From Candidatus Velthaea sp. (GTDB lineage Bacteria; Vulcanimicrobiota; Vulcanimicrobiia; Vulcanimicrobiales; Vulcanimicrobiaceae), in the NCBI GenBank assembly GCA_965214935.1, contig CBDCCS010000018.1:224001-288000 (forward strand): a stretch of DNA of 64,000 nucleotides, in the 5' to 3' direction. The number at the start of each line of letters is the position of its first letter. Within the stretch, counting starts at the first letter, position 1. The notes under the pieces were generated by a model. The model did no database searches. It saw only the letters and a list, made by a program, of their open reading frames with translations, and was not told the DNA's origin. Positions 19,380 through 28,124 of this stretch are shown piece by piece. A program made the position numbers and the translations under genes.

Positions 19380-20327
19380 ATGAATCGACATCGTGTGGCG
19401 GTCGTGCTTTTGGAAGACGTCTTGCCGCTGGACTTCGCAATTCCAATGCACGTTCTCGCTCGCGAGGCGTCGGAGTTCTACGACGTTTGTACGGCGAGCG
19501 TCAACGGCAAGGCCGTTGCCGTTGCGGGTGGACTGCGGCTGGTGCCCGACGGCGATCTTCGACTGTTGCACGCAATCGAGACGGTCATTATTCCGGGGTA
19601 TGCAGGCGCTTCGACAAAGCGGCTCGATCGTGCAACGCTCGGCGTGCTCAACGCTTGCGCCGAACGTGGGGCCCGAATGGTTTCTATTTGCTCGGGTGCC
19701 TTTGCGCTGGCTCAAGCCGGATTGCTTGACGGCTTGACCGTGACGACACACTGGTCGCTGTGCGACGAACTGGCACGGCAGTATCCGGCGCTTAACGTTG
19801 ATTCTACGGTGCTTTTTGTCGACAACCGTAACGTGCTGACGTCGGGCGGCGTCACCGCGGGCGTCGACTTATTGATTCACATGCTGCGTAAAGATCTCGG
19901 CGGCTCGGTTGCCAATCATGTCGCGAAGCGAATCGTCATGGCCCCGCGTCGCGAAGGCGAGCAGGCCCAATTCATCGAGACGGCACCTGCCCCACCCGGC
20001 GACGACCGCATCTCGATGGTGCAGCAGTGGATGCTCGCGGCGCTCGGCGAGCCGATCACCGTCGACGACATGGCGTCGAAGACGCACATGTCGCGGCGTA
20101 ATTTTCATCGTCGTTTTATGGAGCGAACCGCGACCGCGCCGTTAGCTTGGCTGCAACAGCAACGCATCGGTCGGACCAAAGAGCTATTGGAAACGACGAA
20201 TCTCACGGTGGAAGAGATCGCGGCACACGTGGGCTTGGGATCGCCGGCGAATCTGCGTCAGCACTTCCGGCGAGCAACGAGTTTGTCCCCGATTCGCTAT
20301 CGCGAACTTTTCACACAATTAGGTTGA
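19380..20327 (+). CDS. GlxA-family AraC regulator with DJ-1/PfpI domain
   Basis: SICSGAFALAQAGLLDG, TTHW, TSGGVTAGVD, REGEQAQF, C-terminal double HTH. Confidence 0.93.
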   Translation: MNRHRVAVVLLEDVLPLDFAIPMHVLAREASEFYDVCTASVNGKAVAVAGGLRLVPDGDLRLLHAIETVIIPGYAGASTKRLDRATLGVLNACAERGARMVSICSGAFALAQAGLLDGLTVTTHWSLCDELARQYPALNVDSTVLFVDNRNVLTSGGVTAGVDLLIHMLRKDLGGSVANHVAKRIVMAPRREGEQAQFIETAPAPPGDDRISMVQQWMLAALGEPITVDDMASKTHMSRRNFHRRFMERTATAPLAWLQQQRIGRTKELLETTNLTVEEIAAHVGLGSPANLRQHFRRATSLSPIRYRELFTQLG

Positions 20328-20368
20328 CGCGAATGTCGGTCGCCGACGACGCCTAGAGCGCTGTCGTC

Positions 20369-20773
20369 TTAGCGAGCTTGCTGTTTGCGCTCGTGGGTTT
20401 GCTGCGCTGTAACGAGATCGACGACGTGCTCTTCGATCCAGCTCATGAGATGGTGAAGCCGCTCGGCGACTTGGCTGCCGGCCGCGGTAAGTTCGTATTC
20501 AACGCGCGGCGGCACTTCGGGAAATTGGCGGCGCACGAGTAAGCCGTCACGCTCGAACTCACGTAAGGTCTGCGCGAGCATTTTTTCGGAGATGCCGCCG
20601 ACTCGCAGGCGAAGCGCCGAAAAGCGCAACGTTCCGGTCCGCAGCGCGGCCAAGACGAGTCCCCCCCAACGCCCCGTAACGTGTGCGAACACTTCGCGCG
20701 CCGGACATTCCGAGCGAAAACAATCGCCTCGGCCGGTAGGCACTTCGGTCACACCGCTCGCAGAACGTTCCAT
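20369..20773 (-). CDS. HxlR-family winged-helix regulator
   Basis: CP...GRWG, RFSAL, ISEKMLAQTLREFERDGL, VPPRVEYELT. Confidence 0.93.
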   Translation of the reverse strand: MERSASGVTEVPTGRGDCFRSECPAREVFAHVTGRWGGLVLAALRTGTLRFSALRLRVGGISEKMLAQTLREFERDGLLVRRQFPEVPPRVEYELTAAGSQVAERLHHLMSWIEEHVVDLVTAQQTHERKQQAR

Positions 20774-20867
20774 TTTTATCCTGACACTTACTTTTTGGTT
20801 AGTACTTTCTATTCGGAAGTTTAGCTGTTACAGTGAAGTCCTCCCTGCCCAAAATCGAGAGGTTTTC

Positions 20868-21725
20868 ATGTCAAAACGGATCGCGGTCGTTACCGGCGCT
20901 AGCTCGGGCTTCGGCCGTCTTACGGTGGAATTGCTTGCTCATGACGGTTGGCACGTTTTCGGAACGATGCGTAACATCGGGACGAGCAATGCCGGTGCGG
21001 CAACGGCGCTGCGTGCCGCCGGTGCCGAAGTTGTCGAATTGGACGTAACCGATGATGCATCGGTTGCCGCTGCTGCAGCGATCATTCTCAAAGACGGGCC
21101 ACCCGATCTGCTCGTCAACAACGCAGGCGCTGCATTTTTTGGAATCGAGGAGGCGTTCTCACCTGCCGTCGTCGAGCGCCAATTCGCCACAAACGTGATC
21201 GGGCCGTTGCGGGTCAATCGCGCGTTTTTGCCGGCGATGCGCGAACGCGGCGCCGGCCTCATCGTTTACGTGTCATCGGTCGCCGGTCGGCTGACGTTTC
21301 CGCTCGGCGGCGTGTACGCGGCGTCGAAGTGGGCGCTCGAAGCGCTTGCCGAAACATCATCGTACGAACTGGCACCACTGGGCATCGATGTCGCGATCGT
21401 TCAGCCCGGAGCGTTCAACACGGAAATCGGCAACAAAGGGACGTATGCCGACGATACGGCGCGCGCCGAAAGCTACGGCGCAACCGGACAGCGCTTCTTC
21501 CAAGCAATCGGTTCATTTGCGACGTCGGCCGAAGGGCGCGACCCCGCCGATGTTGCGCGCGCGATCCTGCGCATAGCAAATACCCCGGCCGGGAGCCGTC
21601 CACTGCGCACGACGGTTCCGACCGAGCCGTCAACCGACCACATCAATGCGACGGCGGCAGCCTATCAAGTGGGCGTGCTCTCGCAAATGGGCCTCGACGA
21701 CGTGATACCGAAGGCCGTCGTCTAG
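20868..21725 (+). CDS. SDR oxidoreductase
   Basis: TGASSGFG, NNAG, YAASKWALE. GAGAGG RBS before ATG 20868. Divergent from hxlR. Confidence 0.9.
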   Translation: MSKRIAVVTGASSGFGRLTVELLAHDGWHVFGTMRNIGTSNAGAATALRAAGAEVVELDVTDDASVAAAAAIILKDGPPDLLVNNAGAAFFGIEEAFSPAVVERQFATNVIGPLRVNRAFLPAMRERGAGLIVYVSSVAGRLTFPLGGVYAASKWALEALAETSSYELAPLGIDVAIVQPGAFNTEIGNKGTYADDTARAESYGATGQRFFQAIGSFATSAEGRDPADVARAILRIANTPAGSRPLRTTVPTEPSTDHINATAAAYQVGVLSQMGLDDVIPKAVV

Positions 21726-21742
21726 CAACATTCGCAGTAGCA

Positions 21743-22636
21743 TTAAACGATAAGACGCAGAGAATTTGAGGCCGTCGTGATTTCCACACGACGGCCCCAT
21801 CCGAAGCGAAGAAAATCATCTTCGATGCCGTCCCCGAAAATAACACCGCCCGACGTCATCTCCGATACCGCTGTCGCAGCCGACTCGTTGAGGACGGCCG
21901 CCGTGAGACTCGTGCCGAACCCCGGCGCGGGAAAAGCCTCGCGCACGTAGAGCGCGAGTGCCCGTTGCGTCGGCGCCGGCGGCGTGACGGCATCCTTCCG
22001 CTCGCGGGCGATCGAGCGCGCCCAACCCGTGCAACCCGTACCGGTTGCCACGATAAAGCCCGAAGACGAGTGACGCTCCTGTGCGCCGTTGGCCGTCAGC
22101 CGGTATTTCGCCGATTGATGTTGACGTTGACCGACGAAGATCTCGTTGAGCGCGCGCAGCGATTGCCCGTCGTCGAGTCGCGCTTCGACCATCGTGCGGC
22201 GTTCGAACGCTACGCGTTCGGCGACCGCGCGTTCGAGCAGCGCGCCGGCTTCGCGCACGCTATGACGCACGAGCAAACCCTCGTAGTTCTCGGGATCCGG
22301 ATTGATACCGAGCACGAGCTGCGTATCGAGATATTTGGCAACGTTGGGGACGAGCCCATCCTGTCCGATTGCAACGACGACGTCACCGGAGTCGAATAGG
22401 AACGTGGCAAGGTCGTCGCGATTGATGGTCGCTCGGCGCCAGGCGGGCGGCAAGCTCGCAGTTACGGCGCGAACGGCATCACGCTGCCGTTCATCACGCA
22501 CGACAAGCTCGTTGAAATCTCGTCCCTCTTCGCTAACGGCGAACCGCGCCTGTTCGCGCGTGCCATGCTCGCTAACGAGTAGCGTTAGTTCCGACGGGCG
22601 CGTAACAATGACGATCCGCGGCAGTAATTGTGCCAC
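21743..22636 (-). CDS. NAD-kinase-like protein (divergent)
   Basis: AIGQDGL (canonical GGDG), GINPDP, ALNEIFVG, SSGFIVATGTGCTGW (canonical DGxxxxTPTGSTAY), FGDG. Confidence 0.85.
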   Translation of the reverse strand: MAQLLPRIVIVTRPSELTLLVSEHGTREQARFAVSEEGRDFNELVVRDERQRDAVRAVTASLPPAWRRATINRDDLATFLFDSGDVVVAIGQDGLVPNVAKYLDTQLVLGINPDPENYEGLLVRHSVREAGALLERAVAERVAFERRTMVEARLDDGQSLRALNEIFVGQRQHQSAKYRLTANGAQERHSSSGFIVATGTGCTGWARSIARERKDAVTPPAPTQRALALYVREAFPAPGFGTSLTAAVLNESAATAVSEMTSGGVIFGDGIEDDFLRFGWGRRVEITTASNSLRLIV

Positions 22637-22638
22637 CG

Positions 22639-23616
22639 TTACGCACTCCGCGTTGCTCCGGCGGCAAAGTGCGACGCCAGCGACGCCAACAGATCGGGCG
22701 TAATCTGCAGCGTGTCGATGCGCTCGATATGGTCGGCGAACGCATTGGCGGCGACCGTCGCCAGCACCGGCCCGGGCATATCGCGCAGCAGCGCCAAACG
22801 CTGGCCTTCGATGTCATGGTGCGCGCCGTCGACGGTTGCAATTCGTTGCGCTTCGGCTTGGGCGGCGATCCGGGTGGTCAGCGCGTCGCTATGTGCGCGG
22901 CGTTCGGCGTTCGCGCCCTCTTGTTCGACCAGTTGTTCTTCGCGCTTGGCAATTTCGATGCGGTTCTGCATCTCGTTTTCGGCGATCGCCCGTTCTTTCT
23001 CAACGGCGAGCGCGCGGCGTCCGAAGGCCGCCTCATCAGACTCTTGTTTAATGCGCTCGCGCATCGGTGCCTCGATTGCTTTCTCTAGATCCGGATTGGG
23101 CCGGATCGCGGTGATGCGAACGGCCGTTACCGTCAGACCGAATTCCGGCAGCTGCGGCGCGCCGGCCAAAGCTGCATCGATCGCCTCGCGCAGACGCGCG
23201 ACGCCGTCGGTCAACACGTCGTGGATCGGCGTGCGCGCAAGATAGCGTAGCACTTCCTCTTGCGCGAGCTGCGATAACAGCGCTTCGAGCCGCGTAATGG
23301 GCTCACGCACGTACCGGCCCGTCGCGAGATTGAGAGCGAAGTCAACGCGCGTTGCCAGCCGCTCGGGTGCAACCGCACGGTACGTGACGACGCCCTGCAC
23401 GGAAACATCCTGATAGTCCGCCGTGCGACCGTGAACTGCCACGACGAAATCGCGGTCGTCGATCGGGACTTCGGAAATGCTATCGCTCAACGGCCATAGC
23501 CACAGCGACAATCCGCGCCCGCTACGAACGAGCCGTTCGCCGCGAAAGTGTAAGACGTGCGCGGTCTGATCGGCACGCAGATGATAGACAAATGGGAAAC
23601 GCCGTATTTGAGCCAT
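22639..23616 (-). CDS. SPFH/Band 7 domain protein with coiled-coil C-terminus
   Basis: GRGLSLW, TADYQDVSVQGVVTYR, Ala/Glu-rich heptads (RRALAVEKERAIAENEMQNRIEIAKRE). Start MAQIRRF is 1 nt after the nrtR stop. Confidence 0.9.
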   Translation of the reverse strand: MAQIRRFPFVYHLRADQTAHVLHFRGERLVRSGRGLSLWLWPLSDSISEVPIDDRDFVVAVHGRTADYQDVSVQGVVTYRAVAPERLATRVDFALNLATGRYVREPITRLEALLSQLAQEEVLRYLARTPIHDVLTDGVARLREAIDAALAGAPQLPEFGLTVTAVRITAIRPNPDLEKAIEAPMRERIKQESDEAAFGRRALAVEKERAIAENEMQNRIEIAKREEQLVEQEGANAERRAHSDALTTRIAAQAEAQRIATVDGAHHDIEGQRLALLRDMPGPVLATVAANAFADHIERIDTLQITPDLLASLASHFAAGATRSA

Positions 23617-23617
23617 G

Positions 23618-24352
23618 TTAAGCCTTTCTTTTCGTGCGCAGGCGATAGAGCGTGGCGGGACGATGACCGACACCCGCTTGGGTGGCGCTCGTCGCATCGA
23701 GTTCGCCGGATGCGAGCATGCGGCGGCGGAACGAGTCTTTGTTAACGGCCATGCCGTAAATGATTTCGTGCACGCGTTGCAGTTGGAGCAGCGTAAAGCG
23801 TTTGGGAAGGAGCTCGTACCCGACCGGCGTGTACGCGAGCTTGCCGCGCAGACGCTTGATCGTCATACCGATGATCTCGGCATGATCGAACGCGACTGCA
23901 AGACAGCGCGCGCAATCGTCGATGACGTCGACCGGCCCGCCCGTTTCGCCGGTCCACGGCACGCGAACCGCTGCCGTTAGCCGATGCGCCGTCGGCTCGA
24001 TCGTGCGAAGCAGCTCGCTTTCGACAAGCGCATAATAGGCGACCGTAATGATGCGTGTACGTGGATCGCGACGAAGTGCGCCGAACGTATATAATTGCTC
24101 GAGATAGATGTCGCGCAGACCGGCTTTACGTTCGAGGACGCTCTTAGCGTTGTCGTCGAGCGAAAGCGCGACGTCAACGAAGCCACCGGGCAGCGACCAC
24201 TTTCCGCGTTGCGGATTTTCCGCGCGGCGTACGAGCAACACTTCGAGCTGCTCGTCGCGAATGGTCAGGAGAACCACATCGACGGCTACCGACGGTCGTT
24301 CAAACGCGGTCGCATCATAGCTTTCCAGAAACCGGATTTCAGATACATCCAT
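23618..24352 (-). CDS. nrtR: NrtR-family NUDIX + winged-HTH transcriptional regulator
   Basis: PSVAVDVV, WSLPGGFV, YLEQLYTFG, RDPR, AFDH, FTLLQLQRVHE, KDSFRRRM, RPATLY. Nudix box lacks the catalytic Glu residues. Confidence 0.9.
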   Translation of the reverse strand: MDVSEIRFLESYDATAFERPSVAVDVVLLTIRDEQLEVLLVRRAENPQRGKWSLPGGFVDVALSLDDNAKSVLERKAGLRDIYLEQLYTFGALRRDPRTRIITVAYYALVESELLRTIEPTAHRLTAAVRVPWTGETGGPVDVIDDCARCLAVAFDHAEIIGMTIKRLRGKLAYTPVGYELLPKRFTLLQLQRVHEIIYGMAVNKDSFRRRMLASGELDATSATQAGVGHRPATLYRLRTKRKA

Positions 24353-24364
24353 GCCGCACGTCCT

Positions 24365-24404
24365 TATCTGTGTGCAGCATATATGTACACCGCATATAAG
24401 TCAA
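24365..24404 (-). promoter_or_regulatory. Sigma70 promoter of nrtR overlapped by two tandem palindromic operators
   Basis: Minus strand: TTGACT (24404-24399), 17 nt, TATGCT (24381-24376). Palindromes TATATG-N7-CATATA (24380-24398) and TATCTG-N7-CATATA (24365-24383). Confidence 0.8.
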
Positions 24405-24607
24405 GCGGTTGTTCTCGTTGACCTTGCTTGCTGCGAACTCGGTAGCCTCAACGCTACTGTTGGGGCGATCCGGTCAGCCGCCGGCGATCGGCGTACCGGC
24501 GTCATCTTGCACGGGCGACTCATGCTCTGCATCGAACGCAGCGTAACCGGCGCCGACGAAGGACGGCGGCAGCGCCTTGCAGCAACGCAGCGGGTGAGGT
24601 TTTCACT

Positions 24608-25201
24608 ATGAACCGTCGGGCGCTCGTAACGGGCGCACTTGCAGCAGTCGGAGCGGCGGCTTTGCCGCTGTTTGCATTCAGCGCCGTACCGGGTCACTAT
24701 CGAATTATTTTTGCGACGTCGCGCGGTGATTTCACCGTTGCAATCGTGCGCAGTCAAGCACCGCACGGTGCCGATCGCCTGTACGAACTCATCACGCACC
24801 ATGTCTTCGACGGAGCGCGATTTTACCGGGTCGTACCAGGTTTTGTCGTACAGTGGGGCTACGCCGGCGATCCGGCGGTTACGAGCAAGTGGACCGGCTC
24901 GATCGCCGACGATCCCGTTCGCGCGAGTAACGTACGCGGTACGCTCAGCTTTGCCGCAACCAGTGAACCCAATAGCCGTTCGTCACAGCTGTTCATCAAC
25001 GTCAGCAATAACGCACGGCTCGACGGTTTAGGCTTCGCACCGGTCGGCACGGTTGTTAGCGGCATGAACGTCGTCGATCGGCTGTATTCCGGTTACGGCG
25101 AAAGCCCGGATCAAGGCCGCATTGCCGCGAGCGGTAATAGTTATTTGCGCACGGAGTTTCCGAAGCTCGATTACATCAGGACGGCCCGGGTCGTAAAGTA
25201 A
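24608..25201 (+). CDS. Exported cyclophilin-type peptidyl-prolyl isomerase
   Basis: Tat-like NRRAL signal; FYRVVPGFVVQWG, RGTLSFA, SQLFIN, GMNVVD. Confidence 0.92.
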   Translation: MNRRALVTGALAAVGAAALPLFAFSAVPGHYRIIFATSRGDFTVAIVRSQAPHGADRLYELITHHVFDGARFYRVVPGFVVQWGYAGDPAVTSKWTGSIADDPVRASNVRGTLSFAATSEPNSRSSQLFINVSNNARLDGLGFAPVGTVVSGMNVVDRLYSGYGESPDQGRIAASGNSYLRTEFPKLDYIRTARVVK

Positions 25202-25208
25202 GCGCACC

Positions 25209-25970
25209 ATGTACGAGGTGCTGTATGCGACGACGCGACTCGCGCGAATCCGAGCCGCCGACCGTGAAACTGCAAAGCGACGGTTCGCCGCTTACGTCTT
25301 GTACGATGAGGACGACGCAATCATCTCAGACGTGCAGCTCAGCTTCGGCGATGATGCGGAACTCGCGCCGTTCGAGGGTGACGCGCCGGTTGCCGCTTCA
25401 CGCTCGGAATTGCGCGGCTGGATGGCGAACCGGGATGCGCAGTCCGAGCCGTTCGAGATCGGCTACTTTGAAGATGCCGAGCGTTCGATCGATGCCTATC
25501 TGCGCCTATTGGCGACAAACGATCCGTGGCGTCTCGAGGGTCATGGAAGTCTAGGCGTCACGCTGAGCGCAGTACCGATGCGCGCGCACCTTCGAACGTT
25601 CGACGGCCGCGTTTGCTACCGCTTTGATGCCGCGCGCTATTTAGATTATCTCCGTTTGGACGTGCTGGCGGCACTCGATCCGTTACGACCGCAAGACAGC
25701 ATTCGTCTTGAGAGCTTGGTCGACGTCTGTGCCCTGCAGGACGACGCGTTGCGTCAAATCGCGTCGTCTTATGCGACGATTGTGAGCGAACTGCGGCTCG
25801 TCGCAAAGCTGAGCGATGGTCCCAAAGTCGACCGCGCCTTCGATGTAACGTTCGCTGACGAGCCGTGGAAACAGTACATGGCGCATCGGCTGGCCGAGCC
25901 CGCGCGCTTCATGCCGCCGCCCGGATGGACGTCGGCATTTCCTAGCTATGACGGCGATTCGGCCGTGTGA
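25209..25970 (+). CDS. Hypothetical protein (253 aa)
   Basis: Long ORF with genomic codon bias, 7 nt after the PPIase. No motif recognised. Confidence 0.7.
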   Translation: MYEVLYATTRLARIRAADRETAKRRFAAYVLYDEDDAIISDVQLSFGDDAELAPFEGDAPVAASRSELRGWMANRDAQSEPFEIGYFEDAERSIDAYLRLLATNDPWRLEGHGSLGVTLSAVPMRAHLRTFDGRVCYRFDAARYLDYLRLDVLAALDPLRPQDSIRLESLVDVCALQDDALRQIASSYATIVSELRLVAKLSDGPKVDRAFDVTFADEPWKQYMAHRLAEPARFMPPPGWTSAFPSYDGDSAV

Positions 25971-26374
25971 GACGTCGGTTGACCGATAACGCCGACCCGG
26001 CGAAGACAAGCGCTGCGAAATCGCAGGCGATCGTCACGTATTTCAAGACGCCGGCCCCGGCCTGAACGCTAACAACCCTTGCAACGAGCGCAAAGATTGT
26101 AAGCCAAAAAGGCTAACCAGAGTCGACGGCGTCGGCTTATACGCTGTGAGCGCAACATCGTAGCGTCTGCAATTAAAGCCTGAAGGCGGAGTCTACCTTT
26201 TCACTGTCAGCGCGCAGACACCTGAGGGGCCGAACCTACCTGGTACACGGAGATGGCGTTTTGTGCCTTGCCGTGACGAGGCGCGACCGCGACGTACCGC
26301 ATGGCCGAACGTCAGCTCGATCCTGCTCGGCCTCTTAGCTCAAGCAAGCTCAGTCCGTTGCCGACACCAAAAAG

Positions 26375-26863
26375 GTGCGGTTGGCGGTAATGGTTTTAAT
26401 GGCTTTGGTTTTCGGCGGCGCGGCGTCCGCCGAACCGCAGTATGACGCACTGGTCGTAAACGAGCCGATGTCGGCCGTCGTGCTCGCCAGCGAGCAGACT
26501 GCGCTCATCGCGGACGTCAACCGGGCGCGCCGAACCCGCGGATTAGGCGACGTCTCTGCGGACTTGCTGCTATCACGAGCAGCTCAAATGCATGCCGAGA
26601 ATATGGCGCGTCGCCGCTTCTTCGGGCATACCGGCCCGGACGGTTCATCGCTGCCCGATCGGTTAGCCGTCGTCGGTTTCATCTGGAAAGTCGCGGCGGA
26701 AAACATCGCACTTGCCGCGGACGAAAGCGCGGCAAACGATTCGATGCTCAAGAGCCCGGCGCACAGTGCTAACATCCTCGATGCCAGAGTCGAGAAGATC
26801 GGCGTCTCGGCGTTGGCGATCGGCCGCCATGCCACGCTGTACGTCGAGGATTTTGCGCAGTAG
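26375..26863 (+). CDS. Secreted CAP/SCP domain protein
   Basis: Signal peptide; VNRAR, HAENMA, FFGH, AENIA, SPAHSANIL. Confidence 0.9.
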   Translation: MRLAVMVLMALVFGGAASAEPQYDALVVNEPMSAVVLASEQTALIADVNRARRTRGLGDVSADLLLSRAAQMHAENMARRRFFGHTGPDGSSLPDRLAVVGFIWKVAAENIALAADESAANDSMLKSPAHSANILDARVEKIGVSALAIGRHATLYVEDFAQ

Positions 26864-26924
26864 ATCCGGCTCAAAGTCAGAAATGTCGTGGCGGTCGTGC
26901 CGAGAGTTCGGTCGTAGTTCTTCG

Positions 26925-27764
26925 ATGGTCGTTCATCTCGTCGACGGAACGTACGAGCTTTTTCGTCATTTCTATGGTCTGCGTCGATTTACCAAGGGCG
27001 AGGATCGCCGTTTCGGCGCCGTAGCGGGTGTCCTGACCACCGTGCTACAGATGCTCGAGCAAGGTGCAAGCCACATCGGCGTTGCGACCGATCATGTCAT
27101 CGAGTCGTTTCGTAATGAGTTATGGAGTGGTTACAAGACGGGCCAAGGCATTGAACCCGCGCTACGTGCGCAGTTCGAGCCGCTCGAAGACGCGCTCGTC
27201 GCCATGGGAGTCGTCGTCTGGCCGACCGTCGAGCTGGAAGCGGACGATGCGCTGGCGTCAGCTGCCTCCCTCGCGGCGCGCGATGCCCGCGTCGAGAAAG
27301 TCTGCATCTGGACACCCGATAAAGACCTTGCGCAGTGCGTCGTTGACGACCGGATCGTACAGGCGGACCGGCGCAGCAATGTCATCCGCGACGCTTCGGC
27401 GGTGCGCGCGAAATTCGGCGTCGATCCGGTGCTGATTCCGGACTATCTCGCGCTTGTGGGCGATGCAGCGGACGGCTATCCCGGCATCGCCGGCATTGGA
27501 CCCAAAGGCGCGGTCGCACTGATTAACCGCCACGGCCCGATCGAAGATTTTCCGCCACAGGTTCTCGGCGAGCAACGTGAACGCGCGCTCTTATTTAAAA
27601 ACTTGGCGATGCTTCGGTACGATGCGAAACTCTTTGCCGATGTCGACGAGCTTCGATGGCACGGTCCGACACAACGCTTTGCTGTCTGTGCCGAACAGCT
27701 CGGCGCATCCAAGCTTATTGCTCGCGCAGAAGCCGCCTACAAGTCGCGAGAACCGGCGCGTTAA
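26925..27764 (+). CDS. Stand-alone 5'-3' exonuclease / flap endonuclease
   Basis: LVDG, FRNELWSGYK, EADD, DKDL, LVGDAADGYPGIAGIGPKGA (H3TH). Confidence 0.92.
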   Translation: MVVHLVDGTYELFRHFYGLRRFTKGEDRRFGAVAGVLTTVLQMLEQGASHIGVATDHVIESFRNELWSGYKTGQGIEPALRAQFEPLEDALVAMGVVVWPTVELEADDALASAASLAARDARVEKVCIWTPDKDLAQCVVDDRIVQADRRSNVIRDASAVRAKFGVDPVLIPDYLALVGDAADGYPGIAGIGPKGAVALINRHGPIEDFPPQVLGEQRERALLFKNLAMLRYDAKLFADVDELRWHGPTQRFAVCAEQLGASKLIARAEAAYKSREPAR

Positions 27765-27980
27765 GCACGTTGCGACCGGCGCCTCGCGCTTGATCGCTCG
27801 AGCACAGATTTGACTCGTTCTGGTCTTCTTGTCATATCGCGTGTGTCGGCTGCGCAGCAAAGGCGTGAGGGCTGCATACGTCCTTGCCGTCATAGGCACG
27901 CTTATACCACAGTTGCATTTTCGAGCAAGTGCGATCCCGGTACTAAAGCGAAGAATGGCGCCTGTGGCATCGGTCGTTCG

Positions 27981-28037
27981 ATATTGCACCAACACGACTA
28001 GCGAGTTTCCGTTGACGTCGTTCGCGCCGTCGGCAAA
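27981..28037 (-). pseudogene. Diverged internal fragment of a second comEC allele
   Basis: Encodes FADGANDVNGNSLVVLVQY versus FTDGANDVNENSLVVLVQY in comEC 28916-28972: 17/19 aa and 45/57 nt identical by hand alignment. Confidence 0.85.
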
Positions 28038-28124
28038 CTGCACACCGCTTTCGCACGACTACCGCGGATTGAATACGCGCGCCTGCGCGCCGACTTAGAT
28101 GCATATATCGACCAGGAACGTTAG
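28038..28124 (+). pseudogene. C-terminal remnant of a Phd/YefM-type antitoxin
   Basis: LHTAFARLPRIEYARLRADLDAYIDQER* aligns with AAHLPQIDYKTFRADIAAFIDQD of the convergent remnant. Confidence 0.6.

Noticed and set aside
20592..20867. N-terminal extension of the SDR in the ORF track (likewise for aldB, leuS, tsaE, tsaB, comEA, TPM and SPFH)
   Set aside because: The extensions overlap neighbouring genes or promoters; downstream starts fit the family N-termini and often have an RBS
24401..24611. ORFs in the nrtR-cyclophilin divergent gap
   Set aside because: Low-information translations overlapping the promoters; no support
25979..26065. Short ORF ending AIVTYFKT, resembling a cytochrome c C-terminus
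   Set aside because: Only 28 codons, no CxxCH; could be chance
26249..26330. Fluoride riboswitch (GGAGATGG) or c-di-AMP riboswitch (CCGAAC..GTCAGCT) look-alikes
   Set aside because: The required pairing partners and other conserved blocks are missing; only short-word similarity
27591..28043. 150-aa ORF as an intact gene
   Set aside because: Only the first ~20 codons are comEC-like; the rest crosses a promoter-like segment and overlaps the exonuclease gene antisense
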